Below, in pieces: positions 1 through 28,600 of a stretch of DNA of 64,000 nt (within the stretch, counting starts at the first letter, position 1; every line of letters begins with the position of its first letter). Both the position numbers and the translations under genes were made by a program. The notes under the pieces are model-generated. The model ran no database searches. It saw only the letters and a list, made by a program, of their open reading frames with translations, and was not told the DNA's origin. This stretch comes from Tubiluchus corallicola (Eukaryota > Animalia > Priapulida), in contig JAQGDQ010000064.1 in assembly GCA_030141605.1 (NCBI GenBank), positions 300,116 to 364,115 of the forward strand, in the 5' to 3' direction.

Positions 1-911
1 ATGCAAAAAAAACACGCCACGTCTTACGCAGTCCCCTATTCGCCAATCCAACATTCATGACCGAGCTAGGCGATGGTATGCGCGTATTATAATAAAACTG
101 GAATAGGACTAAGAATAGTTACTGAGAATTAAGCTCAAGATAGACCTTTTACGTACATAACGAAATCCAATGTACTAGTTTTTCAGTGACATGAGGCTGT
201 GACATTTAAAAGCTTTTACTCGGGAATATGCGCGGACTTGTATCAGTTGCCAAATGTAATAAAACACGTTCTAAAATATATAAGCATTTGATAGCTTATT
301 ATATACAAATAGCCTTATTTCTTATGCGTGTGATACATCAAAGCGTCCAACGCTTGGGGTTCGCGTCCAGCGTTCCGAAGCGAGAAAGAATATGTATACA
401 TATATTATCAATAAGTGACGAAACAAACGATTTTGGCAACGGACGATGGAAGCTCTTCTTATTTTCTAGTGCCATGCGTCCAGCGTCTGTTCCTCAAACA
501 TACAAAGAAGGATGGCCTGCAAATTGCTATACGAATAAATAATGTAAAAAGAAAGCATTGCAAAACTAAATTTGATATAGTCAATTTTGTTTTTCTGCGA
601 AGCCTGAGATCGAGGACGCTTTGATTTTAGCTTATTACCCAGTGAACCCTATACCCTGGATGCTGAAAGCCAGATGCTAGTCGCTGTACGCTGAAAGCCA
701 GATGCCAGACACTTGACGCTTTGGTATATCAGAAGATTAAAAGCCGAGTGATTATATTAATAATTAAAACAAACGTTAATAAGACAAATTATACTGTTAT
801 ACTAGCTAAAAAATAATTAGCCCGACTTAAACTATCTAAACTCGCACAGTATTCATATTACATAACTGGTATGATAGTGAGATTTGATTGCCGTTATCAA
901 TTTTCTATTAG

Positions 912-1007
912 TAATACTACGAGTACATGCATACTGGGGAAACCGTGGTCGTCCCATGGTCATGTCCCATAGTCCCATGGTCATGCTGCAAGAAACAATT
1001 GTCCGTC
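912..1007 (+). pseudogene. Decayed duplicate of the TspA CCG exon (pseudo-exon)
   Basis: After ttttctattag the sequence reads TAA TAC TAC GAG TAC vs GAA TGC TGC GGA TAC in the real exon. TCCCATGGTCATGCTG at 973-988 is identical to 1223-1238 (PWSCC), and the PWSC segment is internally duplicated. Confidence 0.6.
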
Positions 1008-1176
1008 GTGTTTTATTTTTCTACGTGTACAGTGGTAGTTCGAAACGTTGTGCACTTACTTTGTTTTTCCTCGCTTTTTTTATTCGTTGTCGCTATTCTT
1101 GCCATTAAAAATTAATCCGTGCTTTATATCTGCTACGCAACTCTTTGACTGCTGCTGTTAATTACATTTTGTATAG

Positions 1177-6582
<5,406 letters not shown>

Positions 6583-7144
6583 AAGAAATCTGTAGTTGTA
6601 GTCGCCATGGTGTGTCTACTAACCTCTAAATTGTGTGTTTGCATTAACATGTCACAGACTGTCGCTAAACAATTGTAGTTAGAAATGGACTATAGACAGA
6701 ATTTCTTCCTAAAATACAATTGTGACATTCCGACACCTCGAAACAGAAATAATACTGTCAAATATCGTACAAAAACAAAATTTGAACTTAAGTATTATAT
6801 CTGCAGGGTGTTCAGCTTTTCGACAAAGTTGTGGAAATGTGGATCGAAAAAAATCTAAAATCTTCGAATTTTTATAAATGCACTTTAGCTGTACTCATCT
6901 CTTCAACTATTTTTTATTGCTAAACAACAAATTATTTATTACTATCAGAAAATAATATATGGGAAAGTAATTTGTGCATGCATGAAACAATGTAAGGGCT
7001 ATATTTTTGGCGGTCCCTATTAATGAGAAAAGTGTTGTTTCTGCAATGAGTAGACTTGTATATAGTATTCTTAGAGAAGACTTGTATGAGAAAAATACAG
7101 GTTAGTTCTGTGAAAAGGAGTTTTCAATACCCTTTTTTCACTAT

Positions 7145-7243
7145 TTCAATGCCCTAACTCTAACCCAACCTAATCCTAACCCTAACCCTCATCCACTTCA
7201 CGAACTAATTTTTTTGTGTGTGGGGAATTGTAAACTTTAGCTA
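7145..7243. mobile_element. Partial copy of the telomere-core foldback MITE
   Basis: (TAACCC)-like array followed by cttcacgaactaatttt..tgtgtggggaattgtaaac, shared with 15190-15230. Confidence 0.7.
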
Positions 7244-7437
7244 AGTATTTATATAGCGATGCCTTTTTAACGCTGCATTTCGCATTGTAATGATAATAAC
7301 GTTTTTCGATCAACGTAGTGACGAGTGAAACATGCCAAATTAATTGCATCCAGGAGGCGTGGTGTAAATAGGCCTTAAGAGAATCGTGCATTCATGCTAT
7401 TGTGTATTTATACTTATATTTTTTCTTGTAATTTCAG

Positions 7438-7485
7438 ATATTCGGTATTATCTTTGCAATCTGTCTTTCCATGGGGATAGACTAA
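7438..7485 (+). CDS. Alternative (duplicated) terminal exon of TspA, IFGIIFAICLSMGID*
   Basis: Strong acceptor (tttttcttgtaatttcag), phase 0. First 10 codons encode the same peptide as exon 6517-6582 but with several synonymous differences. AATAAA at 8146-8151 and 8157-8162. Confidence 0.75.
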   Translation: MFGIIFAICLSMGID

Positions 7486-10400
7486 ACAGCTGCTGAAACT
7501 TTAGGCCTATAAACTTCTTTGCATTAGCTATTATTTCAAATTTAGGTCCATACAACAAAAGTAATTGTCGCGTTTATGATGTGACAAGTTGATGATTTTA
7601 TGTGACGGCGTACGTAAATGAAGCACTTCGTGACCAAAATTACCTTGTTTATATGTGCATTAATTATGATGTATTATGATAAATTTGACAAATATCTGAG
7701 CTCACTATAATAATTATATTGCTATTGTCAACGTTTTTATAGAGAACTTAAGTGATTCACAAGGTAATTAGATGTAAGACAAAAATTATATTTTTACTTT
7801 ATTTACTTCAAGTATCTTGCTTTATATTAATATCATAGTACCCTTATAAAATACGTATATATATATATATAATTATATATATATATATATATAAGTAGGC
7901 CTAAATAAGATAATTGTAGATGTAAGAAGGATGATTTCTGTGAGTTACACATGAATGAGAATCATTTTAATGAAAACCAATGATAAGGTGCGGTTTAATA
8001 GAATGTTATATGTACAGTATAAACAAGTTCTAGTTGACAGACACTGTCCTGCACATTTTACTGTTATTTTGCTGCAGGTGAATAGAAGTGATTGTGTTTT
8101 ATCTAGTGGTCCAGTCTGGTGCCAATTTTAAACGCTGAAAGCCATAATAAAAACGCAATAAATCTAATCATTCGTTTTTGTAAACTAAGACTATCACACA
8201 TATTTGCAATCTGGTTGTAAGTTGTAATTTTTCCCTGCTTGTTACACGACGGTTTGCAATTGTACAAACAAAACTGGATACTTGTTTAATATATTGACGA
8301 TCTCTAATGGCGCATCACTAGCATTACATTGTAACAAAACAAGTTTTAAACTATAATAGTTAGTTACTACAAGAACATGAGTTATGTGTGTGTTGTCCTA
8401 TTAAAGTAACTAGGTAAAAAAAAAGACTTTGCAAATCTGTGATGCGAACATGGCAAGCTGACATATTAAAATTTAATCCAGAAATTAATTATGAAATTCA
8501 TACCTTTGTCAAGTTTTGCATTATTGTAATTATGTTGTTGGAGTACATCAAGAATTCTAATTTACGCGTATATAAGGCATATAAATTTTCTATAATGCTT
8601 ACTACGTTTATTTAGGCATTAATGTCGACCTTTAATGTAGGAATACAAAATGAACTGCACGTCAGTATTGACGAGTTTTTATAATGTTAATATATATATT
8701 CAATTACAGGAGTACAAATGGGTTTTTGTTTTATTTTTCTTCTGGCGTATGTATTATTAATAAACAAATCGATGGTTTAACCAAAAAAGTGACTGTACGA
8801 TAACGGTGGTTACATGAACAATTCTTTGTTACGCGTCAAATGTTAAACATATAAGCTAAGCACAACTTGTGTATTTTGAGCTTTACACATTGAGTTAGAG
8901 AAATAATTTTAATAAATTACTTTATAAATTTGAGGCAACATGCATAACCACTAATTCCAAATTGCTAACAAAAACTAATAATAAACCAGAATAATAAGCT
9001 CTTCAGTACTTTTAGCACTGTTTAACACACCAATGGTAGGCAAGGACTGTTTTGCGGTGAAAGCTGCAAAAGCAGATGAGGTGCTTAGAAAAACGTCGCT
9101 ACTTGTAACCGTCCCGCTACCACGGTCAAGGGGCACAGTGCCCAAACAAACAACCAAATTTCTGTGTATTAGCCAATTTTGGCTATAAATTAAAACAAAC
9201 TTCTGAATTTAACATAGTTGTATGTATGGTTTCCTTTAGTTTCTGCGCTATGACTTTCAAGTATATTTTAAAAGAATTTTCGCGGTCGATGTTCTACCTT
9301 GTCATTTTACAAAAAAAAAACAAGCGAGAAATTTGTTCGCAAGCTTTAATAACCAGACCTAAGTAAAATTTAATTTTAAACCAGACCTTCATACCGCCAA
9401 ACAGTTAACAGAATTGCAAGAATTTTCACTTCCAAAAGATATGGCATGTAATTACAACAAAACATCTAACAGAATCAGTAAAATTAAGTTAAAGTGTAAC
9501 TAAACCCTCACGATCATTAAGGGTTTATAACCTAAAATCCTACTCTTGTTACTAATATTCAATTTATTTTATTATGAACTTACTGCAAAACTTGTTTCTT
9601 CTGATTTTTTATCACTTCATTGTTCACCAGTGGTATTAAATTTGAAGAACCGCCATTTTTGTTGCGCGAGACGAATGACGTTATGAGCACGGTCACGAGG
9701 TCACCAAAGATCGGTAGACAATAATTATATATATATTATATATATATATGATTCGAGACTACAGCTCCAGGCGACAGCACCATTTTCGGTGATCTACATC
9801 CATAAAGGTCTCTATTCAGTCCTTTACCAGTAGGAGTTTATTTTTCGAATCGGTCCCACAGGGAGGAACGGGGGGCGAAAAACCTCCAAAAATGGCCAAA
9901 CAGCCTGTAGAAAAACATTCTATCGGCGCCTGGTGGGACTCTCAGAAGGAGATACACTTGTCTTTAGAAAAAGGAGAAACAGGGCTATCCGATGTGAGAC
10001 ACTTTTGGAGGTGCAGTGACGAGTTCATTGGAGGTTTCATTTTGGGCGATTTTCACTAGGAAAACTGCTGACGCAAAACCATTGATCTGACGTCATTCGG
10101 TTGTACTCTGCCTGTACCTTGGCCTCAGTAAAAGCTGATGCTGGCTTTGCGTTATTTAAATGATTAGGTGTAGGATGTTCGGGGCCTTGGCTAGTTTAAG
10201 ATAGTTTCATGTGCTAATTCTGTCAGAAGTTAGACCATAACATTTAAACAAATTTATAATTTTATAATGCATAATTTATATTCATTATTGTGTATATTCA
10301 TCAATTAATTAAATATAATTTATTTATTATTTATTTATTTTACGTTTATTTCAGTACATAAAAAGTAATATGGAATAATAAACAAAACGTAGTTGAAAAT

Positions 10401-12933
10401 CACAATTAAAAAATATTTCTGCAAAACACGTTAAATAAATATTTGCACAAAGAACAGAGAATTAGTAAACTAAATATGTAAAAAGGGTTAGTAAGTGTAT
10501 ATTCCCAACGGGCAAATATATTCGAAGTTAAAATGATGTCAGTATTATGAATAAAAGTGCGTATGATTTCATTGCTTGAATTTAAAACTCGGTGACGCAG
10601 GCTGAAAGTGTTTTTGCGTAAAATGACTTTAAAATGATTACAGCCATTTTCGGCACATATTCTCGATGCTATGGTGCACCTACGGTAAGCAAAAAACTTC
10701 GTCACTGCAAAATAGCAGGCCGTTTTTAATTTCTTAATAGTACCAGCATTAAAAGTAATCCATTATTACTATGGTTTTACTTATTACTTAGTATGATTAC
10801 AAAACAAAAATTCCAATAACTGCAGTTTTTCTGACAATGCTATTCTGATGATTTCAAAATTATATTGCTGGATGATAGCACATTACTCGGCTTACACCAG
10901 TAGATAGTGAAGAAGCTTACAGCAACGACGAAACAGTCAGTTGACTTAAATATTCTCAGTGAAGCTTAAACAGCAGAAACTACGTTACAAGCACAAAATA
11001 ACAGCAAAATATTTAATACGGTTCCTTATGTCCGATTTTTGCTCTCGTAGGAGTTAATTTTTTATGAAAATGAAGGATTGTGACCCTTAGTCCAAAAAAT
11101 GGATGTCATTTTTTCGAGCCTATTAAGGGCCATTAAGGCCCCTTCAATTAGATCTCAGATCAGAGAAATGCAATTGACTATAAAGACATGCCTGAAAATC
11201 ACAGGAAAGGGTATTTTGTGGTCCTAAATGGCCGATTTAATATTAGTTCCTTTGTAAGGACGAACCCAACTGCCATAGCAACCCCATTTTGCGAAATTCT
11301 TTCTGGACTGGAAATAGGGCACGTCCCAATTATTTGGTGTACAAATCTGAAACTTACTCGAACGGGGTATTTGATAATGCTAAACATAAGAACATATGAA
11401 CTTAGTTTTTCTGTGTGGATATCGTAAATCTTAAATCAAGTACAAAATTATAAATACTGCAGGAAAGAGGTTTTTGCCATGCCGAATTCAACGTATTATT
11501 GGTATTCTTGAACAAACGAAACTAGTTGCCCAAACGGGCGAGTTTACGGTTTTCAAGGACCACAGAGCGATACCAACTTAGCGCGACCATTGCATCTCTC
11601 ATTCTTCACAATGCGACCAAAATGAAAGATAGTATTTTAAAATACTGTACAGAAAATCCAATGGCTGTGCTTGACAAAATTAAACAAGATATCCTCAGAT
11701 ATCCTTCACTCTATATAAAGGTGAAGCTAGGTTTAAAGATTTCGTTTCATTTAGACTGAAGAAGTCCACTGCCATTAAGCCTATTTGAGATCACATTGAA
11801 AAAATGAAATTACGAGTTTTCAACATCAGTCGAAAAAAGATAGCATTTAAAATTCAAGAGAAAGTGGTGAAGCAAATTTCATTTCAAAATAGTAAGTTTA
11901 TTCCATCACTTTGAGAAAATCCCTTCTGAACAGGTTTCTTTGTGGAAAAAATCTCATGTGAGGTCTTCTATATAAGGTTTTCTTGAATGAAAACTCCGCA
12001 GAAAGGGTTTTTTCAATGTACATTTTTTTCGATAAACCCTTAAAGGTTTTCATCGGGAACTCTAATATAACCCTTTTTAAACAATTTAAAAACCCATTCT
12101 ATTAAACGGTGCACTCTCTGTTAAGAGAGAAATATTTGACTTAAAACAAATGGTAGGCAAAAACAAAGGTGTTCAGCAGCAAAGTACTTTTACAAAAAAC
12201 AGATCTCTTTCAGGGTCACTATATACTTCAGTTACATCTAAGCATGAGCACTCTTCTGTTATTAGGTCGAGCTGTGAACTTTTTTTCAGGCTATGAAAAA
12301 TTATAATACTGTCTAATATTTATACCTTTATACCTATTCAGAAACATTTTTTTCTGAGTGAATGTGCAAGCTGTTAAATTCACCCACAGCGCCCAGTAAA
12401 TTCCAAACCCTGTTTTTAGATTAGATTTAGATTTATTTATTTTTTTTAGTAATATAAATTAAAAATGCTAGTTTGTAACTAATTACTTATCTTACTGACA
12501 TAAAATTAGTGTAATACGGGAGCTAAATAACAAGCTTGATTAAAATTGCAAAATAATTTCGCTACAAATGGCTGCAGTAATCTAGCAATCTCTCTACAGT
12601 ATAAGCAAGCGCTTCATCTAAATCTGTGGTTGGGCTATATAGGCATTTAAAACAAAATTAATTCTACCTTTGTTACAGTCGTTGAAATTTTGAAATGTTG
12701 CCGATTGTTTGAAACGTGAAAAACTAGGTCTCAGTCGTTCTATTTATTTGTGAATTTTCTATTATACAAACGCCTGTGCTTTCTTTTATTGTGTTGTGTG
12801 TGTGTGTGTGGTGTGTAGATTTATTCTGTTCGTTGCAGAAACGCACAGCAACAATTCAGATTTCGCTAATACAATTATTTTAGTAACTTAATCGCCGAGA
12901 CTCAACGAGCTGCTAACTAACATAGTATTCAAG

Positions 12934-21558
<8,625 letters not shown>

Positions 21559-22554
21559 CGGATGTATCACTATTTTAAAATATAAAAGAAATGCACTAAT
21601 AAAATTTAAGGATGTTTTCCGTACATGAGCTAACCAATTGTTTTGTTTATTAAGCTGGAATGTCAATGATAACCTATAATTGATAACCTTATAAGCACAT
21701 TAATAGTATGCGCTTAAATTATATGAGGGCAGAAATACAAACAAAAAAACATTTATTAACGAACTGCAATGTAATTAGTGAAATTAGAAGAAATCCTAGG
21801 CGAACTTTTCTGCACTGTCTACTATTATGGAGAGTAAACACGCATTTGAAATTTGCTTCAAGGGTTAGCAAAACTTTTCAAAACTTAAAAGAGCACTTTT
21901 ATTAATATTTGCTATTCGCTTAAAATATAAAATTATTATGTACAATCACTTTTTCTATTGCATAAGGTTAGCACAACTATTTCATTTTAAATACTACTGT
22001 GACCCGCTTATGATTAATTTTTAACGAAAAAGAATAATGGACTGTAGATTTTATTATTTTCTTGCTACCCTAGTTTTTGTATCATTCATTGTATTTATAG
22101 TCAATAAATTATTTATTGTATACATAATTTTAACGAGATTCCGTTTCACTGTTTATTTATCAAATTTTCATCAAGTAGAAACTCTATATTTCTATAAACT
22201 TTAGTAGGCTTATTACGCATCACAGATTAGACCTATCTGAGTCGTTTTTAATTTTTTCGTTTTACTTCGTAATTTTCATTAGATATATCGATTAAACCAG
22301 CACTAAAATTAATAGTCTTATCGTTCTTATCGAACTCAATAGTTAAGCCTTTGCTTAAAAGCCATTCTATCCAGTGACTTGAGTTGTGAAATAAGCAAGC
22401 TATTACTATACAGTTCTTTGAAAGTAAGAATGAACTGTTTTTCAGAAGTTCCACAATAGTACGTTTAAAAAATACTATTAAAAGGTGACGTTTCAAGAAC
22501 ACGCTAGTTCTCGTCATCATATCAGAGAAGCAAGCCATATAAAAGGCGTATGAC

Positions 22555-23915
22555 GTAGGTAAAAATGCCACACATAAAAAGGCACAAGAAAAACTGGCAC
22601 AGTAAAAAAAAAGAAAGGGAAAAAATGGCATACTTAGTAAAATATGAGTTTAATTAATACTTTACTAGAATCAGAAGCAAACAAATTTTAATATTTATTC
22701 CTAATTAATACTTATTATAATAAAACAAGGCACACTGGTTTCATTACAAACAATATAAATATCTCATCTCCGCGTATATAAAATTAATATAATGCAAGAG
22801 ATTTAAAATGTACTAAAAGCTTCACAGTCATTAAAAAACAATAAAGCCTGATAAAAATGGCTAAAGAGTAAGTAACTGACAACAAGAAATGCCAGCATAT
22901 GTGGAAGTCTTGAATGTAGGTAAAAATGGCACAGGAAAAAATGGCATAAATGGAAAAGATGGTACAGGCAAAAATGGAACACGAAAAAATGGCACAGGAA
23001 AAAATGGCACGGTAAAATTGGCACAGGAAAAAATGGTACACTTATTAAAATATGAGTTTAGGGTTAGGATTACTGTGAGGAATAATTATTTTAGTTATTT
23101 TTGTTTCTGCCAAGGAAGTTATACTTCAACACAGTTTGTTTGTTTGTTTGTTTGTTTGTCTGTTTGTTTGGTTATTTTTGTCTGTCATGGCAGTAAACCT
23201 ATTACGCAACTACTACCTAACAGATTTCCATGAAACTTTGTAGAGAAGGCAGGTATTGAATGCCAAAATGGGAATCTTTTCGCCGATTCTTTTTTCGCAA
23301 AACTTGACCGAACACCGTTGGTGAGGCACTTCACGGAGGTCTCAAACGGGGTGTTTAGTACTTCTTTTGTTATTATCTCCACCAGGACACACAACTATGA
23401 GTAGTTACAGGTTCCATTTCGAGAAATTCTCGCTTGTAAAAATGTGTAACCCTGTTAATCTATTAATTTTGAATCTTTAAATCTGGTACATGTATTTCGA
23501 CAGTTTTTTAACAGCAAAATTTTTATTTTGGTAGTATTTTATGTGTGTGTGACGTGGTAGCTATACTACATATGTAGCAGTTTTTATTGTATGTGTGTGT
23601 GTTGATATTATGGGTTGCACCTGGAATAAAGTACTTCTTATCGCTTATTGACTTATTTTATTTAACTTCATCCGAATCTGAGTCTATTAAGCCACTATGT
23701 ATGACATGTTGCATCATAATTATTTTAATTATTTTCTTATTATTGAAATTATCAGTATCAAAGCAATACATATGCCATTTTTCCTTATTTTCCATTTGTG
23801 CGATTTTTGCTTGTACAATTTTTACCTATTTTTCCATTTGTGCCATTTTTTCCTGTTCCATTTTTTTTACCACGTCATGGTACCACGTTCCATGTCATTT
23901 TACCACGCACCTATC
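22555..23915. mobile_element. Foldback element with ~15-bp tandem arms (aaaaatggcacagg) plus a nested ctgccaaggaagttat..(gttt)n element
   Basis: Arrays at 22555-22632 and 22917-23042 are reverse-complementary to 23770-23910. ttagggttagg core at ~23058; nested unit ~23095-23345. Confidence 0.7.
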
Positions 23916-24426
23916 TGGGTAGAAACATTTGTCATTAATGGTTTCACACGAAAATATTTCGCACGTATAGGCCCTATAGGCCATTTGCCGTAGTAAGCCT
24001 ATACACCCTTGCATATTTATCTTTTCTGATAGGTCTATAGAACGTAGTCGTTCGAAATAAAATCAGGTGAAACTGAATCGCAATTGCGACAGAAAAAACA
24101 TTGTTGAAATCACTGTTTCGTAATGAACTTGTAATTATTGTCGGTATTATAATAGAACGTTGACAATCATTTTTACGTATTATTGTGTAACGACTGATAA
24201 ACGAATGCGATAATTACAATGTAAAAAGCGAAAGCTACAACTACTTCCGTGAATAGTGATTAAGACCTTTATTGTGCATGTTCTGCTCGAAGTAACTACT
24301 TTCGTGAAGTTCTGCTTGACAGAATAGAATAACGCAGTGCATACATCTAAAAACAACTTCTTAATTTTAGCTGCATTGTGTTCTTATGAATACCTTTTTA
24401 TTAATTTACCCCAAAGAATCACCACA

Positions 24427-25522
24427 ATGACTATAGGATGTGGAGCCACAGTTGCCAAGCTGCTTTTGTACATATTCAATTTCGCTTTGTTTGTAAGTCA
24501 TTATATTTAAAAAACTTTAAACTTTTTATAAATTTTAATTATAGAAAAGGCCTACTGTGTATCACATGTAGTGTATCAGGTCTTTTAGTCATGGTGGGGT
24601 GTTTGTAAGGAAGGCTGAGGCAAGAAGTAGTACTATGGGCATTTGCAAAAAAAGAGATACAAATTGCAGAAGAGGAAATAAGATGAGTGAAAATGTTTGC
24701 ACCCAAAAATTGCTAACAATAATACATCACATTTCTTCCAACTACAATGTTTTAATAGAAAAACAAAATCAAAATTGCAAGCTCGAGAAAAGTTCTAAAT
24801 TATCATAACCAATTTTGCAACTAAATATACTGTTTTCTTTGTTTTCTGAAATCCTGAATCTAGGTAAAAGTCACAGGAAAAAGCCACAGAAAAGTCATAG
24901 GAAAAAGGTACAGGAAAAATAACCCTAACCTCAAACCCTAACCCTAACCAAAATTAATTGCTACTTTTTTCCTGTAACCTTTTCCTAACCAAAATTGTGA
25001 CTTTATTACTGGTCATCGAAATGCTGTATATAGCGTGGAATGTTTGTGTTTTAAGTCTGTAATCTTTTCGTTGTTTTTAATAAAACACGCATTAATATTT
25101 CACCGAATAAGTGAATAGATAAATAAATTTGCAGATCAACGGAATCATCATGATGGTTCTTGGGATATATAGTCTTACTGCAGAACAAAACTCCTACATT
25201 TTTACAGTGTTGGAAAATATAGAAGAATCTGAGGAAGTTATAAGGTTAGTTGGATAATGCATAATAGTGAAATATTGGTATTAAAAAATCGAAACAATAG
25301 GCTTATCATATATCATAGTCATACTTTCAGATGGTTTAGTGGCTGATGCATAAAGTTAGGTGAATAACATTAAAAATCAAATCATTCATCAAGCTATATG
25401 CAAGCTTTATTGAATCATAAGCACAAATCATGTTGCATTAATAGTTGTTTTAGCTGCAATTTTCTTGGTTCTGATAATGACAAGGTCATCACTGAGACAG
25501 ATAAGAAGCCTCTAGAAAAAAA

Positions 25523-25619
<97 letters not shown>

Positions 25620-28600
25620 AGTTTATTGATGAATACAGTACAATACAATGCGGTACATTACAATATAATATAACGCAATATACCCTATATATATATATAT
25701 GTGTGTGTGTGTGTGCGTGTGTGTGTGTGCGTGCGTGCGCGTGTGCGTGCGCGTGTGTGTATGTACGTAATGTATATAGTCAACTCTAAGGTCAAACTAA
25801 TATTATATTGTTGCTGGAGAAATGTTGATAGTCCTCAGAAGTATAGCAAAATTAATGACATTTAATAGCCAGTAACTAAGAATATGGTTCTAGAATCACA
25901 CTGTTATTGTACTTGGTAAACTTGTCTTTAAACTACTTTTTTGTTTCAGCAAAGCTGCCATCTTGTTAGCAGTGACAGGTGGTTTCGTGTTTATCGTTGG
26001 CTTCTTGGGATGCTGTGGTGCTCTCAGGGAAAGCAAATCGATGCTTTATGCGGTATAATAAATAGGCCTAGTCGCTATACGTTAGGAGCAGAAGGCTATA
26101 ATATTGCGCGTATTAGTATACCATATAGTGTAATTTCACTTCTGTCATTTTATGACGATGATGATGACGATGATAATGACGACGACGATGACGGTTAGAT
26201 CTAATTGTTACGTTAACCCGATTAACTATATTGCCAGTTACTGGTATTACTCTGATATGGGGTCAGCCCTGAGTTTTTTGCTCATCGCTGCATTACTTGT
26301 CTGTGGCTCCTGAACGTGAATAGTTTGGTTGTAGTACCCGTATTTCAGCTGCATATTTTACTGAAAACATTAAGTTTAGCTTCAACAAGAACATTAATGG
26401 AAACTTTCTGTCACTAGAAAATTGGTTATAAGAGTATGTCTTGCAGCCATACTCGTAATCAAAGGACCAGGAGTCCAAGATCATGAATCTGCATCAGAAT
26501 AGAGTGATATGACCCCAGTGACAATCAATGAGTTAATCTATGTTTACGCTAATTTACGCTAAGTTAATTTAAATTTCCAATGGTTTCTTTCATGCAGTTT
26601 TAGTATTTTTGATTGTGTATAACGATTTTTCAAATCTTCGTAAAAAATTACACTCAATCATAGTACCACCTCAGTCTAATAAACTAACCTTTTCTTTGCG
26701 CCTCGCCGACATCTCTTTTAATATTCTTTATTTATTTTTTTACTTTTTAGTATATGATGTTTCTGGCCATAATTCTTATCTTAGAATTTGGAGCAGCTGG
26801 TACAGCGATGGCGTACAGAAAAGATGTATGTATAATATATTAAATCTATTTATCGTTCTCACTGTCTCATATGCATACGGAATTATTATTATTTATTGTA
26901 AAAATAATATGCTGAAAAATATTATCAAATTGGAGAAACTCACTTCGCTTTGTTTTACTGGCGTATTTTTTTAATCATTTCATACATTTCAATGACAGTT
27001 TACTAGTTTTCTTTTTTGTTTTGTTTAGGAGACAAGTTGTTGTATATTTGGCCGTGGCCTGTGGTTTGGTCTTGTCAGAGACTGGTGCGGCCTAATTACT
27101 GGACTGGGTCAGTTTCCCTTCTAGATGTTCGTTGGACTCCGATTTGATCTGGTCTTGCCTAATTTGGCTGAGATCTGGTCTATCAGAAGTCTGGTCTGTC
27201 TGAGGTTTGATCTTACACAAGTCTGATCTGTCAGAGTTTTGAACTGAAAGAAGTCTGGTCTGGCTGGGTTTGATCTGAAAGAAGTCTGGTTTGGCTGGGT
27301 TTGATCTGACGGGCACAGCCTCACTTATGATCATGTTCACTATAGGTCATTAACGAAATAAAAGGTGCGTCATAGCGCTTATGTCAACCAGACTACACAA
27401 TGACCATATCAAAGTCAAGTCAGCCCATATTCTAGCCATACCAGACTTCAAACAGACCAGACCTTGGCCAGAACCAGGCTAACATCTAGAACTGAAAGAA
27501 ATTGATCCAGCTGACCCAGATTGTGATCTGACCTAAACACAGACCACGACTAACCCACATGAGACTGTTACCTAGTCATGCAAAATTTGTTACGTCATGA
27601 TTGTTACGTATTGACACAGAGCAGCATTTTTGCTACATAATTATATATTGTAATATAATGACCCTATTGTTACATGATGAACCTTAACACGCGTGTCGCC
27701 AGGGAAGTCTTAGAAAAATACGTTTCGATGCGAACACCTGATTCATCTTCATAATAGAAATACTGCTTTACTTTTTATGGTGGAAATTAGGGTTTGACGG
27801 GCTTTCTTCCTTAGAAGTTTAGAACTTTTCTCAAAATTTCAGGTACACCAAAGTTTTTTATGAGGTGATGTTTCATTAACTGATTTGATGCAAAAACCTT
27901 GAAATTGCAGTTTAAAAAAACTTTTACTGAAATATAAAAATACAAATATCCAACCACCATAATTTTCAATAGAATTTGCTCTAATACTAAACTAAACTAA
28001 GAGACTAATAAGTAATAATAACAATAACAGTTGTCAAATTGGCCCATAGTAAATTTTGTGTGCTGTAGTCTATTTACATTATTTGAAAACTCGGAAGATT
28101 TTTTAAATCTAGATCGAAAAGAAATTGGACGAAGAGATACCTAAAGCTCTTAGGAGTGCGTACGTAACAAACAGCAGCAGCGCTTTCAGAAGTGGTTGGG
28201 ACTTGTTACAACTGAACAGAGTATGTAAAAAGGCAAATAAGCACTTACAAGTTATTAGTTATTACAAACCTTCATATTATAACTCTTCTGCATAATGCAT
28301 TAATATGTGTAAAATGAATTAATACAAACCATAGGGGCTTAAAATAAGCTGTTTTCGCCAAACGAGCCCCCGTCCATCTTTAATTAGAAATAAGTTTACA
28401 ATACGTTAAATTTATTTAACAGGAAATTTCTGCCTGTTATGCGCATCCAAATGTGGGTGAGACGCCATCCTTTCTACTATATCCTTCTTTAGATCATGTA
28501 TGTGTTACTGTGTGTTCAATATAAGTTAAAGGTCATAAATAAAAATAATATCTATATATATCTATCTATCAGTTGTATTGCATTGCACTGCCCGTATAGG

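Noticed and set aside
7145-7195. Interstitial telomere or chromosome fusion scar
   Set aside because: Short, degenerate and embedded in a dispersed element also seen at 15056-15238.
9590-11400. GC-richer segments between TspA and TspB as a hidden gene or promoter island
   Set aside because: No exon chain found. Features ((TA)n, tttttcgaatcggtcc, degenerate TIRs at ~11017/11395) look like non-autonomous repeats but are too weak to classify.
22784-23233. GKNGT-repeat ORF resembling a collagen-like or ice-binding repeat protein
   Set aside because: It is the 15-bp tandem arm of a foldback repeat, with inverted copies at ~23800 and ~39150.
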